A stretch of DNA of 64,000 nt from NCBI RefSeq assembly GCF_018350175.1, contig NC_058368.1, positions 100,070,001-100,134,000 on the forward strand, given 5' to 3'. The DNA is from Felis catus (Eukaryota). Every line of letters begins with the position of its first letter. The stretch's first letter is position 1. This document shows positions 1-12,581 of the stretch, piece after piece. Below the pieces are notes generated by a model. It had not been told where the DNA came from and made no database searches. It saw only the letters and a list, made by a program, of their open reading frames with translations. The translations under genes and the position numbers were made by a program.

Positions 1-1894
1 GACATACAACATTCTGTTCATTTCAGGTATACAACATAGAGATTCAACATTTGTACACATTATAAAATGATCACTGTGGTAAATCTAGTTATTTTTTTGT
101 CATCACACAAACTTATTACAAGTTTATTGACTATATTTCCTATGTTATACTTTTCTTCCCTGTGACTTCCTTATTGTATAACGGAAAGTCATAGCTCTTA
201 GTCTCCCTCGCCTATTTCACCCATCCTTCCACTACTCCCCTCCCCTGTGGCAACCAGCAGCTTATTCTCAGGATTGATGATTCTGTTTCTGTTTTGCATG
301 TTCATTTAGCAGGTTTTTTAGATTCCACATATAAGTGAAGTCATATGGTATTTGTCCTTCTTGTTCTGACTTATTTCACGTAGCATGATACCATGTAGGT
401 CCATCCATGTTGTCTCATACACATCACGTCTCCTTTATCCATTTGTCCATCAGTAGATACCTAGGTTGCTTCCATATCTGGTTATTGTAAATGATACTGC
501 AGTGAACTTAGGGTGCATGTGACTTTTCAAATTAGTGTCTTCATTTTCTGAGCAGAATTGCTAGAAGTGGAATTGCTGGATCATGTGGTAGTTCTATTTT
601 TAATTTTTTTTTTTTTTTTTTTTTTTGAGGATGCTGTTTTCCACAGTGGCTGCACCAGTTTACATTTTCACCAAGAGTACATGAGGGTTTCCTTCTCTTC
701 ATATCCTCATAAACACTTGTTATTTTATTTATTTATTTATTTATTTATTTATTCATTTATTTTTCTTGATAATAGCTAATCTGACAGGTATGGTGTAGTA
801 GCTCATTGTAGTTTGTCATTTCCCTGATGGTTAATGATTTTGAGCATCTTTTTAATGTACCTATTGGCCATCTATAGGTCTTCTTTGGAAAAAGAACATC
901 TATTCAGGTCCTCTACCTGCTTTTAAATTAGAGGATTGATTTTTTTTTTTTTTTTTTAATATTGAGTTTTAGGAGTTCTAAACCCTTATCATATATGTCA
1001 TTTGTGAGTGTCCTCTTCCATTTTGTAGGTTGCCTTTTTGTTTTGTTAATGATTTCCCTTGCTAAGCAAAAGCTTTTTGGTTTGCTATAGTCCTTGTTTC
1101 TTTATCTTTGCTTTTGTTTTTCTGGCCTATAGGCTGATCCCAAAAAATATTGGTAAAACCATTGTCCAAGAGCTTACTGCCTATGTTTTATTCTAGGGTT
1201 TGAGGTCTTAACATTTAGGACTTGAATACATTTTGAGTTTTGGTTTTGTTTTTTTTGGTTTATGGTGGAAGGAAATGGTCCATTTTCATTCTTTTGCATG
1301 TACCTGCCCAATTTTCCCAGCATTTATGGAAGAGACTGCCTCTTTCCTATTGTACATTCTTGTGTACTTTGTTATAGATTAACTGACCGTGCAGCATGGG
1401 TTTATTTCTGGGCTCTCTATTCTTTTTCCATTGATTAAGTGTTTTTTGTGCCAGAACCATACTATTTTGATTACTATAGCTTTGTAGTATTGTTTGACAT
1501 CTGGAAGTGTGATACCTCCTGCTTTTTGTTTTTACTCAAGATTGCTTTGGCTACTTGGGGTCTTTTGTGGTTCCATGCAAATTTTAGAAATATTTGTTTT
1601 AGTTCTCTGAAATATGCAATTGGTATTTGGATAAGGATTACATGGAATCAGTGAATTGCTTTGGGTAGTATAGACATTTTAACAGTATTAATTCTTCCAG
1701 TCATGAGCATGGTATAACTTTCATTTGTGCCATCTTCCATTTTTTTCATCAGTGTCTTATAGTTTTCAGAGAAGGTCTTTCATCTCTTTGGTTGAATTTA
1801 ATCTTAGATATTTTACTCTTTTGGTGTAATTGGGATTGTTTTGTTAGTTTTTCTTTCTGACAGCTTGTTATTAGTGTGTAGAAATGCAACGGAC

Positions 1895-2123
1895 TTTTTT
1901 TTTTTTTAATTTTTTTTTTTCAACGTTTATTTATTTTTGGGACAGAGAGAGACAGAGCATGAACGGACGAGGGGCAGAGAGAGAGGGAGACACAGAATCG
2001 GAAACAGGCTCCAGGCTCTGAGCCATCAGCCCAGAGCCCGACGCGGGGCTCGAACTCACGGACCGCGAGATGGTGACCTGGCTGAAGTCGGACGCTTAAC
2101 CGACTGCGCCACCCAGGCGCCCC
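1895..2123 (-). mobile_element. Young Can-SINE (SINEC_Fc-like)
   Basis: tRNA-derived head GGGGCGCCTGGGTGGCGCAGTCGGTTAAG, (CT)n, AATAAA and polyA; CpGs intact. TSD AAATGCAACGGACTTT at 1882-1897 and 2125-2140. Confidence 0.97.
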
Positions 2124-2145
2124 AAAATGCAACGGACTTTTTATA

Positions 2146-2554
2146 CGGGCCTACCTCGTTTTATTGTGCTTCACTTTATTGCATTTCACAGATACTGCAT
2201 CTTTTACTAATTGAAGGTTTGTGGTAACCCTGTGTTGAGCAAGCTTATTGGCACCATTTTCCAATAGCATTTTCTCATTTCACATCTCTGTGCCACATGT
2301 TGATAATTTTTGCAATATTTCAAACTTTTTCATTATTATATTTGTTATGGTGATCTGTGTTCAGTGAATATGACTTGCTGAAAGCTCAGATAATGGTTAG
2401 CATTTTTTAGCAACATTTTTTTTTAAATTAAGGAATGTACATTGTATTTTAGACATAATACTATTAGACACTTAATAGATCATTTGATTCCCTTTATTGT
2501 GATATTAATTCAGTTGTCTAGAACCAGACCCACAATATCTCCAAGGTATGCCCA
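2146..2554 (+). mobile_element. Internally deleted Tigger1 (TcMar-Tigger; Tigger1a_Car-like) DNA transposon
   Basis: Terminal inverted repeats CGGGCCTACCTCG ... CCAAGGTATGCCCA, TA duplication on both sides, and recognisable Tigger1 5' and 3' subterminal sequence. Confidence 0.85.
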
Positions 2555-2600
2555 TATTGATTATTGTATTCTACAAGTTTACTGATTTCATTCAGTAGCA

Positions 2601-4720
2601 TTATTTATATCAGACAAAATAGATTTTAAAACAAAGACTGTAAGAAGAGAAAAAAGGGTATTACCAAATGATGAAGGGATCAACCCAACAAGAAGATAGA
2701 ACACTTGTAAATATTTATGCACCCAACATAGGAGCACCTAAATATATAAAGCAAATATTAACAGACACAAAGGGGGAATTCAACTTTGACAATAATAAGA
2801 TAATAGTAGGGGACTTTAATAACCCACTTACATCAATGAATAAATCATCCAGATGGAAAATTAATAAGGAAACATTGGCCTAGAATGACACATTAGACCA
2901 GATGGACTTAATAGATAAATCAGAACATTCCATCCAAAAACAGAGTTCACATTCTTCACAAGTGCACATTGAACATTCTCCAGTACAGATCGTATGTTAG
3001 GCCACAAAGCAAGTCTCAATTAATTCAAGAAAAATCTTATCAAGCATCTTTTTCAACCACAGTGGTATGAAAGTAGAAATCAAATACAAGAAGAAAACTG
3101 GAGAAAACGCAAATGTATAGAGACTAAACAACATGCTACTAAACAACAAGTGGGTCAGCCAAGAAGCCAAAGAGGAAATCAAAATACACCTTCAGACAAA
3201 TGAAAATAGAAACACAATGCTCCAAAATCTATAGGATGCAAGAAAAGCAGTTCTGAGAGGGAAGTTTATAGCAATACAGGCCTACCTCAAGAAACAGGAA
3301 AATCTCAAAACAAGCTAACCTTACACTTAAAGTACCTAGAGAAAGAACAAAGCCTAGAGTTAGTCGAAGGAAGGAAATAATAAGGATCAGAGTGGAAGTA
3401 AACAAAATAGAGACTTAAAAAAAAAAAAAAAACACAGTAGAAAAGGTTAAAGAAACTAAGAGGTGTTTGTTTTGTTTTGTTTTTTTAATGTTTGCTTATT
3501 TTTGAGTGAGAGGCAGAGTGCACATGGGGGAGGAGCAGAGAGAGGGAGGAATACAGAATCTGAAGCAGGCTCCAGGGTCAGAGCTGTCAGCACAGACCCT
3601 GACACCGGCTTCACTCTCCTGAACCACAAGATCATGATATGAGCCAAAGTCTAATGCTTAACCAACTGAACCACCCAGGCACCCCAAGAAGTGTTTTCTT
3701 TCAAAAGATAAACAAAATGGGTAAGTCGTTACAAAGAGTCCTCAAAAAAAAGGGACAGCCCCCAATAAATAAAATTGAAAATCAAAGAGAAGAAGTTACA
3801 GCACATAGCACAGAAATACAAAGATCATAAGACTGTTTTGAATAATTCTGTGCCAACAAATTAGATAACCTATAGGAAATGGATAGATTCCTAGAAACCT
3901 ACAATCTTCCAACACTGAATCAGGAAGATACTTAATATCTGAACAGACCAGTTGGTAGTAATGAAATGAATCAGTTATCAAAAAAACCCCTACAAACAAA
4001 AGTCCTGGAACAGATGGCTTCACAATTCTAAACATTTAAAGAAGAGTTAATTCCTTTTTTCCTCAAACTATTCTAAACAATTGAAGAGAAAGGAACTTTT
4101 CCAAAGTCATTCTACAAGTCCAGCATTACCCTGATACCTAGACCAGACAAAGACACTACAAAAAAAAAAACACACAAACTTAACAGGACAGTGTCCCTGA
4201 TGAACAGAGATGCAAAAATCCTCAATTCAAAATACTAGGAAACTAAATTCAACAGTACAGTGAAAGGATCATACATCATGGTCAAGTGGGATTTATTCAG
4301 AGGACGAAAGGGTGGTTCAGTATCTGTAAACCATTCAGCATGATACACTACATAAGTAAAATGAAGAATATGATTATCTCAAGAGATGCAGAAAAAGCAT
4401 TTGACAAATTCAGCATCCCCTTATGATAAAAACTCTCAGTGAAGAGGGTAAAGAGGAAACGTGCTTGAACATAATGAAGGCCATGTGTGACAAATCCACA
4501 GCCAACACACCCAGTGATGAAAGTTTGAAACCTTTCCCTGTAAAATCAGGAACACAACAAGGGTGCCCACATTCACCACTTTTATTAAACAATACTGGAA
4601 GTCCTAGCCATGACAGACGAGAAAAAGGAAAGAAGGGCCTCCAAATGGGAAAGGAAAAAATAAAACTCTCATTGTTTATTATTGTCTTATACTACACATG
4701 GAAAACGTTGAAGTCCCCAA
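2601..4720 (+). mobile_element. LINE-1 ORF2 segment (endonuclease to RT), degenerate, inverted relative to flanks
   Basis: Track ORFs show VNIYAPNIGAPKYIKQIL...IIVGDFN (endonuclease) and SGTQQGCPHSPLL...KIKLSLF (RT). Many stops and frameshifts. Confidence 0.93.
3468..3685 (-). mobile_element. Can-SINE nested in L1
   Basis: SINE consensus in antisense; TSD AAGAGGTGTTT/AAGAAGTGTTT. Confidence 0.9.
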
Positions 4721-4980
4721 TCTTTGTTTTAAAGTCTGTTTTATCTCATACAAGTTTTGTTCCCCCAGCTTTCTTTTCATTTCTGTTTGTGTAGATTATC
4801 TTTTTCCATCCCTTCACTCAGAAGTGAGTCTCTCCTAGGCAGCCATAGGTAGGTGTTATTTTTTTCTTTAACCATTTATTCATCCTCTGTCTTTTGATTG
4901 GAGCATTTAGTCTGTTTACATGTAAAATAATTATTGGTAGGAAAATAAATAAATAAAGTAATTATTAATAGGTATGTACT
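4721..4980 (-). mobile_element. LINE-1 ORF2 N-terminal endonuclease fragment
   Basis: Reverse complement resembles ITLNVNGLNAPIKR...CCLQETH...KGWKKI...KAGVAILISDKIDFKTK. Confidence 0.8.
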
Positions 4981-5124
4981 AACAATAATATTGTATTTGG
5001 TTGTCTTTTCACACAGTGCCTGATATTCTGCACAATAGAAAACTCAGTAATGTGTTTAAATATTCATATGCATATCTGTTATAAATAGGTTTTTAAAGAG
5101 GCTATAGCAAAGAACATTAAATTT

Positions 5125-5337
5125 TCTTTTTCTTTTTTTTTTTTTTTAATTTATTTATTTTGAGAGACCACATGAGTGGGGAGGGCAGAGAGAGACAGAG
5201 AGACAGAGAGAATATTCCAGGCAGGCTCTACATAGCCAGCACAGAGCCCAGCATGGGGCTCAAACTCACTGTGAGATCATTACCTGAGCTGAAATCAAGA
5301 GTTGGAGGACTAACATACTGAGTCACCCAGGCACCCC
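5125..5337 (-). mobile_element. Can-SINE
   Basis: Antisense SINE with polyT head; flanking CATTAAATTT repeat. Confidence 0.9.
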
Positions 5338-5749
5338 AAACCATTAAATTTTTCTAATCAGAGTGAAGATAAGTCTTTATCAAAGTTGTTTGTGAATTTT
5401 CTAGTTTCCTGTTTTTTATCCTTTATCTAACGTTAATGCTTTAGACTTTGTTGTTAGTTAATTTTTCATTTCAGGTTTAAGAATTTGAATTTCAAAATAA
5501 ATTTGGCAATGTGTTCATAACTTTTAAGATGTGGAAAAATATAATTAAAAAAAACAACAATTAAAGCCATTTATGTCATTTCCTGAAATGTTTAACAAGT
5601 TGGATTGATACGTTTTTGTACTCTCATCTGTGTGTTTCATCTTAAAACTGGAAATATTTCCTATATGACTGCTGTGGGGATTAAATAAAATATGCAACAT
5701 CAGTCTCCCTATCATAGTACTCTTTTAATATTTTTTTAAGATTTTAAAA

Positions 5750-5914
5750 AAATTTTTTTTAATATTTGAAATTTATTGTCAAATTGGTTTCCATCAACAC
5801 CCAGTGCTCATCCCAAAAGATGCTGTCTTCAATACCCATCACCTACCCTCCCCTCCCTCCCACCCCCATCAACCCTCAGTTTGTTCTCAGTTTTTAAGAG
5901 TCTCTTATGCTTTG
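5750..5914 (-). mobile_element. 5'-truncated felid L1 (L1_Fc-like) 3' end
   Basis: GAAATTTATTGTCAAATTGGTTTCCAT..ACACCCAGTGCTCATCCCAAAAG motif; TAAGATTTT flanking repeat. Confidence 0.8.
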
Positions 5915-5967
5915 TAAGATTTTGAATCTATAGTTTTTTACTCTATATAAATGACAACGAAATGTTT

Positions 5968-6162
5968 AAATTTTAAAAACTTGTTTTTTGTAGAGAGAGA
6001 AAGACAGCATGAGTTGGGGAGAGGGACAGAGGGACAGGTGGGAGAGAGATGTACAACACGGAGACCAATGTGGGGCTCAGTCTCACAATCCCGGGATCAT
6101 GACTTGAGCCAAAATCAAGAGTCGGATGCTCAACCGCCTGAGCCTGAGCCACCCACGCGCCC
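5968..6162 (-). mobile_element. Can-SINE (diverged)
   Basis: Antisense SINE motifs. Confidence 0.85.
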
Positions 6163-6925
6163 TTAGAGAAAATATTTAAGATAGCTGTTGCCTTTAATAG
6201 CCTTTTGTAAAGTTATGCTAAAACTATTCAGTGACAGTGTTCTTGAACAGAGATCTCTTAGAAATCCACTATACTACACAGTCCATCATCATTGTCCACG
6301 TTGCGTCGTGACTTTAGATCAGAAGCTGAAATCATTCTTATTAATTTAGTTAGTACTGCAGGATTTAAAAAAAAAATTACCTAATATTATTTAGTCCTGT
6401 AATTTGCCAGAAAATTTCTCATACTTTTATAATGTCCTATCTGGGCTATTCTTAAGACCAAGGCTCTTTATTTCAGGTCAACAGTAATACATTAGGTCTC
6501 TGCTTTTTTATGCCAGATGCTCTGCTACTGTATACAAATATAGGAATTAATATGTTTGCCCTTGAGAAGTGTATAAAGAGAGAGATGGACATATGAACAG
6601 AATTTCAGTACAGTGTACAAAACACTCATAGATGTATCAGAGGAGGGCCATTTAATATAGCTTTGCGGATTCAAGGAAGGCTTTCTGTAGCATGAAGCTG
6701 AGCCTTTAAAAGGTGACTGACTGACTGTGACTTCACAAGTAATAAAATGTAGATTTAAATTTATATTGCTTTATTCTTAGTTTGAAAAGGTTGTGAAGTA
6801 CTTAGAGAACCAAGAAATACAGTTTTTAGATTATTTTTCTAGTTTTCTTACAAGAAGTTCTGTGTTAAGTTCGATATTTATAGTCACATCTCAATGTGGG
6901 CAAGAGTAAAAATTAACTGGTGGGG

Positions 6926-7145
6926 TTTTTTTAAATTTTTTTTAAATGTTTTATTTATTTTTGAGAGAGAGAGACAGAGTACGAGTGGGGGAGGGGCAGA
7001 AAGAGAGAGAGAGACAGAGTCTGAGGCAGGCCCCAGGCTCTGAGCTGTCAGCACAGAGTCCGACGCGGACTGGAACTCACAAACTGTGAGATTGTGACCT
7101 GAGCCAAAGTCGGATGCTTAACCGACTGAGCCACCCAGGCACCCC
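6926..7145 (-). mobile_element. Can-SINE
   Basis: Full antisense consensus. Confidence 0.93.
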
Positions 7146-7476
7146 ATTTTTTTTTTGTTATTTAGAAAAATAAGAAGTAGTAAACTTGAATGAAAGACAT
7201 AGTTATTAAGTGTACTCTCTGCCATAGTTCCTGAATAGGGACATTGTTTGCTGGCAGGACTGGATTGTGCTATATACCCAATAGTGAGATAACAAAGATC
7301 TTTCTTTAACAATTCATAATACCTAGCAAGCATGTATAGCTTAAGTATTTTTTTTAGCGTTTACCACATGCCATGTGATTTTCTAGGCTCCTGTGATATA
7401 TCTGAGGGGGGGAAATTTAGAGTTTCCTAATCTTTCATAACTTCTTTTTTGGGAGAATTGGGGAAGGCAACGTATT

Positions 7477-8291
7477 TTTTTTCTTCCAAGTTTTTATTTA
7501 AATTCCAGTTAATACACAGTGTAATACTAGTTTCATGTTTAGAATTTAGTGATTCAACCCTTACATACAATACCCGGTGCACCTCACCACAAGTGCCCTC
7601 CTTAATCCTCATCGCCTGTTTCATCCATCCCCCCACCCACTTCTCCTGTCATAACCATCAGTTGTCTATAGTTAAGGGTATGTGTCTTAGTCCTTGTCTC
7701 TTTTTTTTTTCCCCCTATGGTCACTTGCTTTGTTTCTTAAATTCCACATATGAGTGAAATCATATGGTATTTGTCTTTCTCTGACTTATTTCACATAGAA
7801 TAATACTCTGTTCTCCATTCATGTTGTTGCAAATGGCAAGATTTCATTCTTTTTTATGGCCGACTAATATTCCATTGTGTATATATACTACAACTTTATC
7901 CATTCCTCAGTCGATGAACATTTGGACTCTTTCCATAATTTGGCTATTATTGATGCTGCTGTAAACATCAGGGTGCATGTATCCCTTTGAGTCAGTGTTT
8001 TTGTATTCTTTGGATAAATACCTAGTAGTGCAATTACTGGATCAAAGGACAATAGGTATTTTTAACTTTTTGAGGAACCTCCATACTGTTTGCCACAGTG
8101 ACTGCACCAGTTTGCATTCTCACAAGCATTGTAAGAGGGTTCCCCTGTCTCCACATCCTTGCCAATACATGTTGTTTCCCGTGTTGTTAATTTTAGCTAT
8201 ACTGACAGGTGTGAGGTGATATTGTAGTTTTGATTTGTATTTCTCTGATGGTGAGTGATGTCGAGCATCTTTTCATGTGTCTGTTGGCCAA
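7477..8291 (-). mobile_element. Carnivore L1 3' end, 5'-truncated
   Basis: Antisense L1 3' UTR; TSD GGGAAGRCAACRTATT at 7461-7476 and 8292-8307. Confidence 0.9.
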
Positions 8292-8309
8292 GGGAAGACA
8301 ACATATTAA

Positions 8310-8870
8310 GTTAATTATATATCATGCTAGTAGATAATGTGCAATGGAAAAAACAGTAAAGTAGGAAGGATTAGGAGAGATGATGTGAAGTAGCAGTTTG
8401 ATAAATGAGTCTGGGGTGCAGAAGAGATTTGGATTAGAGATAGTGACTTTGGGGAGTTGTTGACATTTATGTGATATTTCAAGTCAGGAGACTGGATGAA
8501 ATCACTAAATACTAAATACTAGTGAATAGAAAATTACCAAGCACAGAATCTTGGTCCACTCTTAAGCCAGAGAGGAGAAGGGGAACTAGCAAAGGAGGCT
8601 AAGATAGAACAGCCTAGACTGTGGGTCCTCTAAGTCAAATGAAATTAAGGAGAAGGAGGAATTAACGTGTTAAAAGCTGATGATTGTCAAGTAGGGAAAG
8701 AGCCAGATGGTACTGATACGCTGAGTAAGAGGAGTACTGAGATCTGTTCATGAGATTGAGCAACATGGAAGCCATTGGTGACTTTCACAAAAATATGCAT
8801 AGGGGAATAATTGGGGGCAGAAGCCTACTTGCAATGGGATTAAGATAAAATAAAGAGCTTTTGGAGATAA
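8310..8870 (-). mobile_element. L2 remnant
   Basis: Purine-rich L2-like motifs (GAGACTGGATGAAATCAC, GCAACATGGAAGCCATTGGTGAC). Confidence 0.6.
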
Positions 8871-9439
8871 CTAGAGTTACAGTTATATGGTTCCCTAAAG
8901 GCTAGATTTCCCCAGGATTCTTCTGATAATCACCACCTGTCTCAGTTTAATTTTTAATACGGCATCATGTCACTCCCACATGTGTTCTGTTTTGAACAAC
9001 AAATTATGCGGTCACTGGGTTTATGATCTCTTGCTGTCATTGTTTTATTTGACACCCAAGTTTGACCAGTAGTATCCCCTCTAAGCTGGCTACGTGACTT
9101 TTGAGAGAAAGATTCTCTTTTTGAGAGAATCTGATTAGTTCTTCCTTTTCTGGCATAACAAAATGTTGTAGGGATTATACATTTCATATTTCCAATCTGT
9201 AATCAGCCATTTCTCTAAGAAGCCCTGCTTCATTTCAGTGGCATTTAGAAACCAAGAGTTGAAACATGGATAGATTTTAACTGGAGACCAAGGGAGTGTA
9301 AAAGGTAGGTGACCGATGGCAGAAAGGCATTCCACAAATAAAAACTGAAAAAGCAGACAGTTACTAAAGATGCTGACACTGGAGGAGGTAAAATTTTTGT
9401 AGATGTTATGTAAAGCTGGATGGCCTATGAGACCCTTCA

Positions 9440-9606
9440 TAGTATATAATTGTATATACTATTACTGTATATATTATATATTGTTATATAATAATTATAT
9501 ATACTATATACACTATGTAGTATATATAGTGTATACTATATATTTATACTATATATATAATTATATATACTATAGTATAATTATATATACTATATAGTAT
9601 ATAATA
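9440..9606. repeat. TA-rich low-complexity repeat
   Basis: Degenerate (TA)n with recurring TATATACTATA units. Confidence 0.9.
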
Positions 9607-10899
9607 ACACATATAGGAAAGATACATGGAAACCAGATAATGAAAGAGTTTGAATATAAGACTAAAGGTCTTTGTCTTTGTTCTGTATTCAGCATTTGAC
9701 ACAATGGGCCTTGGAAGTTGTTGGGCCTGGAGGCTGGAAACCCAGTTAGGCTGTTACAATACACATAATCCATAATGAAATCCTGAACCTATGGGTAGTC
9801 AGAACCGTAATTCAACAGAATTACGGGAGAGAAAGCAAAAGGCAGGGAGGGTAGGAACATAACAGAAGCATGACGAAGAGGCCCGCAGTGTCAGATTACT
9901 CTAAGCTGTCTCATCTGAGTAGCAGAGGCTGGAGATGCCATTAATTGCAGTCGGGAACACAGGAATAGGTGAAGGAGGAAGATGGAGATATTTTATTTGG
10001 AAAAAATCCTTTGGCAGTATGATGACAGAGTATACCTTATTGAAGTTCCATCTGGTAGAAATGTATTTAGGAAACAGTAGAACAATATTTAGGAACAGAG
10101 TTTTTTGTTGTCACTGAAGGGTAACCATAATGAGATTTCCATCTGGAAAAGCATGAAGATTTGGATGTCAGTAGCTCTCACGGGTTATTTCAGATTCTCT
10201 ATTTCAGAGAAATGCATTTCTTTCCTCATTTCCAAATAGACAAAAAAAATCTTTAAGAATTCAGACTTCTCTTGTCACCCTTTAATTCCTTGTGTCCAGT
10301 ATTAGCCCCTCATAAGCTAAACATACTCCAATTTTAATCACATTTTGGAGAATACAAACATATTTTGTAGTTTATTAAGTTAAAAGCCCAACTTTAATGA
10401 GAGCCTCTTGGAATTAAAAATGTCAGCATGGTTACTGCGTCTAAGTTATTTTTGTCTTGACTCAGTCTCCCTCCCCACAGCCTGATACAGAACAGTTTGG
10501 ATGCAAACATACTTTCTCCCTTGAATGAGAGACAACACTACACTGGTTATCTAGTTTTGAGTCAGTATACTCAGTACTCTGGAGAGAACAAAGACAAGGA
10601 GATAGCCAAATAATCAAAATTGGGATTACCTAATTCCAGTTACATTTGCTATTTTGAATATAAGCAAAGCAGTAGCATGCAGCATAGTACGGAATAAAGG
10701 AACTGGAATATTCTGGTGAATCTTATTGTTAGTGGATGACTACTTTTAATGTAGGAAACTATTTAGTTGAATGTAATTAGGAAAGAATGAAAACAATTTC
10801 TAATATATCACCACTGACAGGATATGGCAAAAAGCAAACTGTGGGGATTCCAGGCTTAGCCCTATTGTAATTCTTTGAATGGATCTCTTAAACTTTCTT

Positions 10900-11450
10900 G
10901 GATTATCATTTCTTCTTAGGCTCATTGATTCACTAGCATTCATAATACTCAAGAGAAGCTGTTATGCTCAGTTACAGATTATTACTGTTCAAGGATATCA
11001 ATTAAGATCAACAAAAGGAAAAGGCACATGAGGGGAAAGTCCAGAAGACACCAGGCATAAGCTTGCAGCCTGCATCCTCTCCCAGTGTAGTCACATGGTC
11101 ACACTCCCAGCAATGTTGTGTGACAACACTTGCAAAGAGTTGCCAACCAGGAAACCTCACTTGAGTCATGGTGCCCACATTGTTGGGAGCCAGTCACGTA
11201 GGCATGAATTAATCTGCATGACTGTCCTCCTCAACTGCTAAGACTTAAGCCTCCCAGAGCAAAGACATAGCCACCATCAATCACATTGTTAGCATAAACT
11301 ATCTGATCACATTGGTTCTATGTGTACATATCCAAGCATTCTGAACTCATCCCAAAGAGCTAGTCAGTGGCCAGTCCTGAGGATAAACCTTTCTCAGTTA
11401 CATGAAGTTTGAGCATCCCAGGTCTGCTGAGTTAGCCCTTTCCTGCATGG
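10900..11450. mobile_element. ERV LTR remnant (MER21-like)
   Basis: AAGCTGTTATGCTCAGTTACAGATTATTAC...AAAGGAAAAGGCACATG...CCTCTCCCAGTGTAGTC resembles MER21-family LTRs. Confidence 0.6.
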
Positions 11451-12374
11451 GGGTAGAATTATTCATTAGCTTAAGTCTCTTATATTTCCAGTGTTTTAAT
11501 GAATGGATTGCTAACTACTCTCATATAAATTGTATAGAATTTAATGCTTTATTTAATGTTTAAAATGGTTTGGATAATTCTATTTGAAATCGTAAATAAA
11601 AGAAATTATACTGATGCTAGAAAATAAAGCTGGATTGAATGTCTAACAGTAAAAGAAGGTGTGTCTTGCACAAGTCAACACAGAGCCCTGCTCCCCTGAC
11701 GAGTGAACTCCCAAGTGGATAAACTCCAAGATTTTCAAACTTCAGTAATTTTAAGGAAACCTAAGGAAAAGAAACTACTTAAGCCCAGTTTCAGAAGCTA
11801 AGTTTAGTTAGTATTTGATTAGTAAATTACTGATCATTTTTGTTTCTCTTGTGTTGGTGATAAATTTAAAGACCTTTTTTTTAAAATGAAAACCCTTTAT
11901 AGGATTTCTGTACTGTTGAGTAAAATTGCTCAAGTTTTGCTTGTCTAATTTAGTGTGAGTCTTTCTTGCACTCATTTTAAAGTTGTTTAGTGCAGTATTC
12001 CGTATTTAGCACCTGCAATATAACTCTGGTATCTTCATTTTCCCATTATTTATCCCTGATCCGTGGTTTTCTAGTTGAGAATGGTTTCATTTGTGGTTTT
12101 TTGTCTTCCCTTTTGTCTTTTGTAACGTTTTTACTTTTTTTTTTGTCACTTAATGTGTTAAGCCATACTTATTTGACTCAGAAATGTTCAAAACGTTTTC
12201 CTAAATTGAAATATATCTAGGTATTTTTTTCCCTAAGTCTGTAGCATATGACTTTGATACAAAATCAAATTTCCATATGGAGTAATGGATTTTGTTCTTT
12301 TGAAATTGTAGAATATTTGAGATGATTATATTCAATCTAAAATAAAGACCTTTTTAAATTTTTTTCTCATCGTT

Positions 12375-12581
12375 TTTAATGTTTTTATTTATTTTTGAGA
12401 AGAGAGAGACAGAGCATGAGCGAGGAAGGGGAGAGAGAAAGAGGGAGACACAGAATCTGAAGCAGGCTTCAGGCTCTGAGCTGTCAGCACAGAGCCCGAT
12501 ACGGAGCTCAAACTCACAAGCCGTGAGATCATGACCTGAGCTGAAGTTGGACGCTTAACCAACTGAGCTACCCAGGTGCCC
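12375..12581 (-). mobile_element. Can-SINE
   Basis: Antisense consensus; flanking GACCTTTTT.AAA repeat. Confidence 0.92.

Larger units (their letters stand above)
1..2600 (-). mobile_element. LINE-1 3' part (3' UTR to RT region), interrupted by a SINE and a Tigger1 derivative
   Basis: Antisense L1 3' UTR and ORF2 hallmarks. Resumes after the Tigger at 2557-2600, where the reverse complement resembles LINEFSKVAGYKIN. Confidence 0.9.

Noticed and set aside
1920..2227. ORFs such as MGQRETEHERTRGRERGRHR... (also 17173-17409, 38272-38583 and others)
   Set aside because: Translations of Can-SINE sequence, not genes.
2668..4794. Endonuclease/RT-like ORFs as an active or novel retroelement
   Set aside because: Broken fragments of ordinary L1 ORF2.
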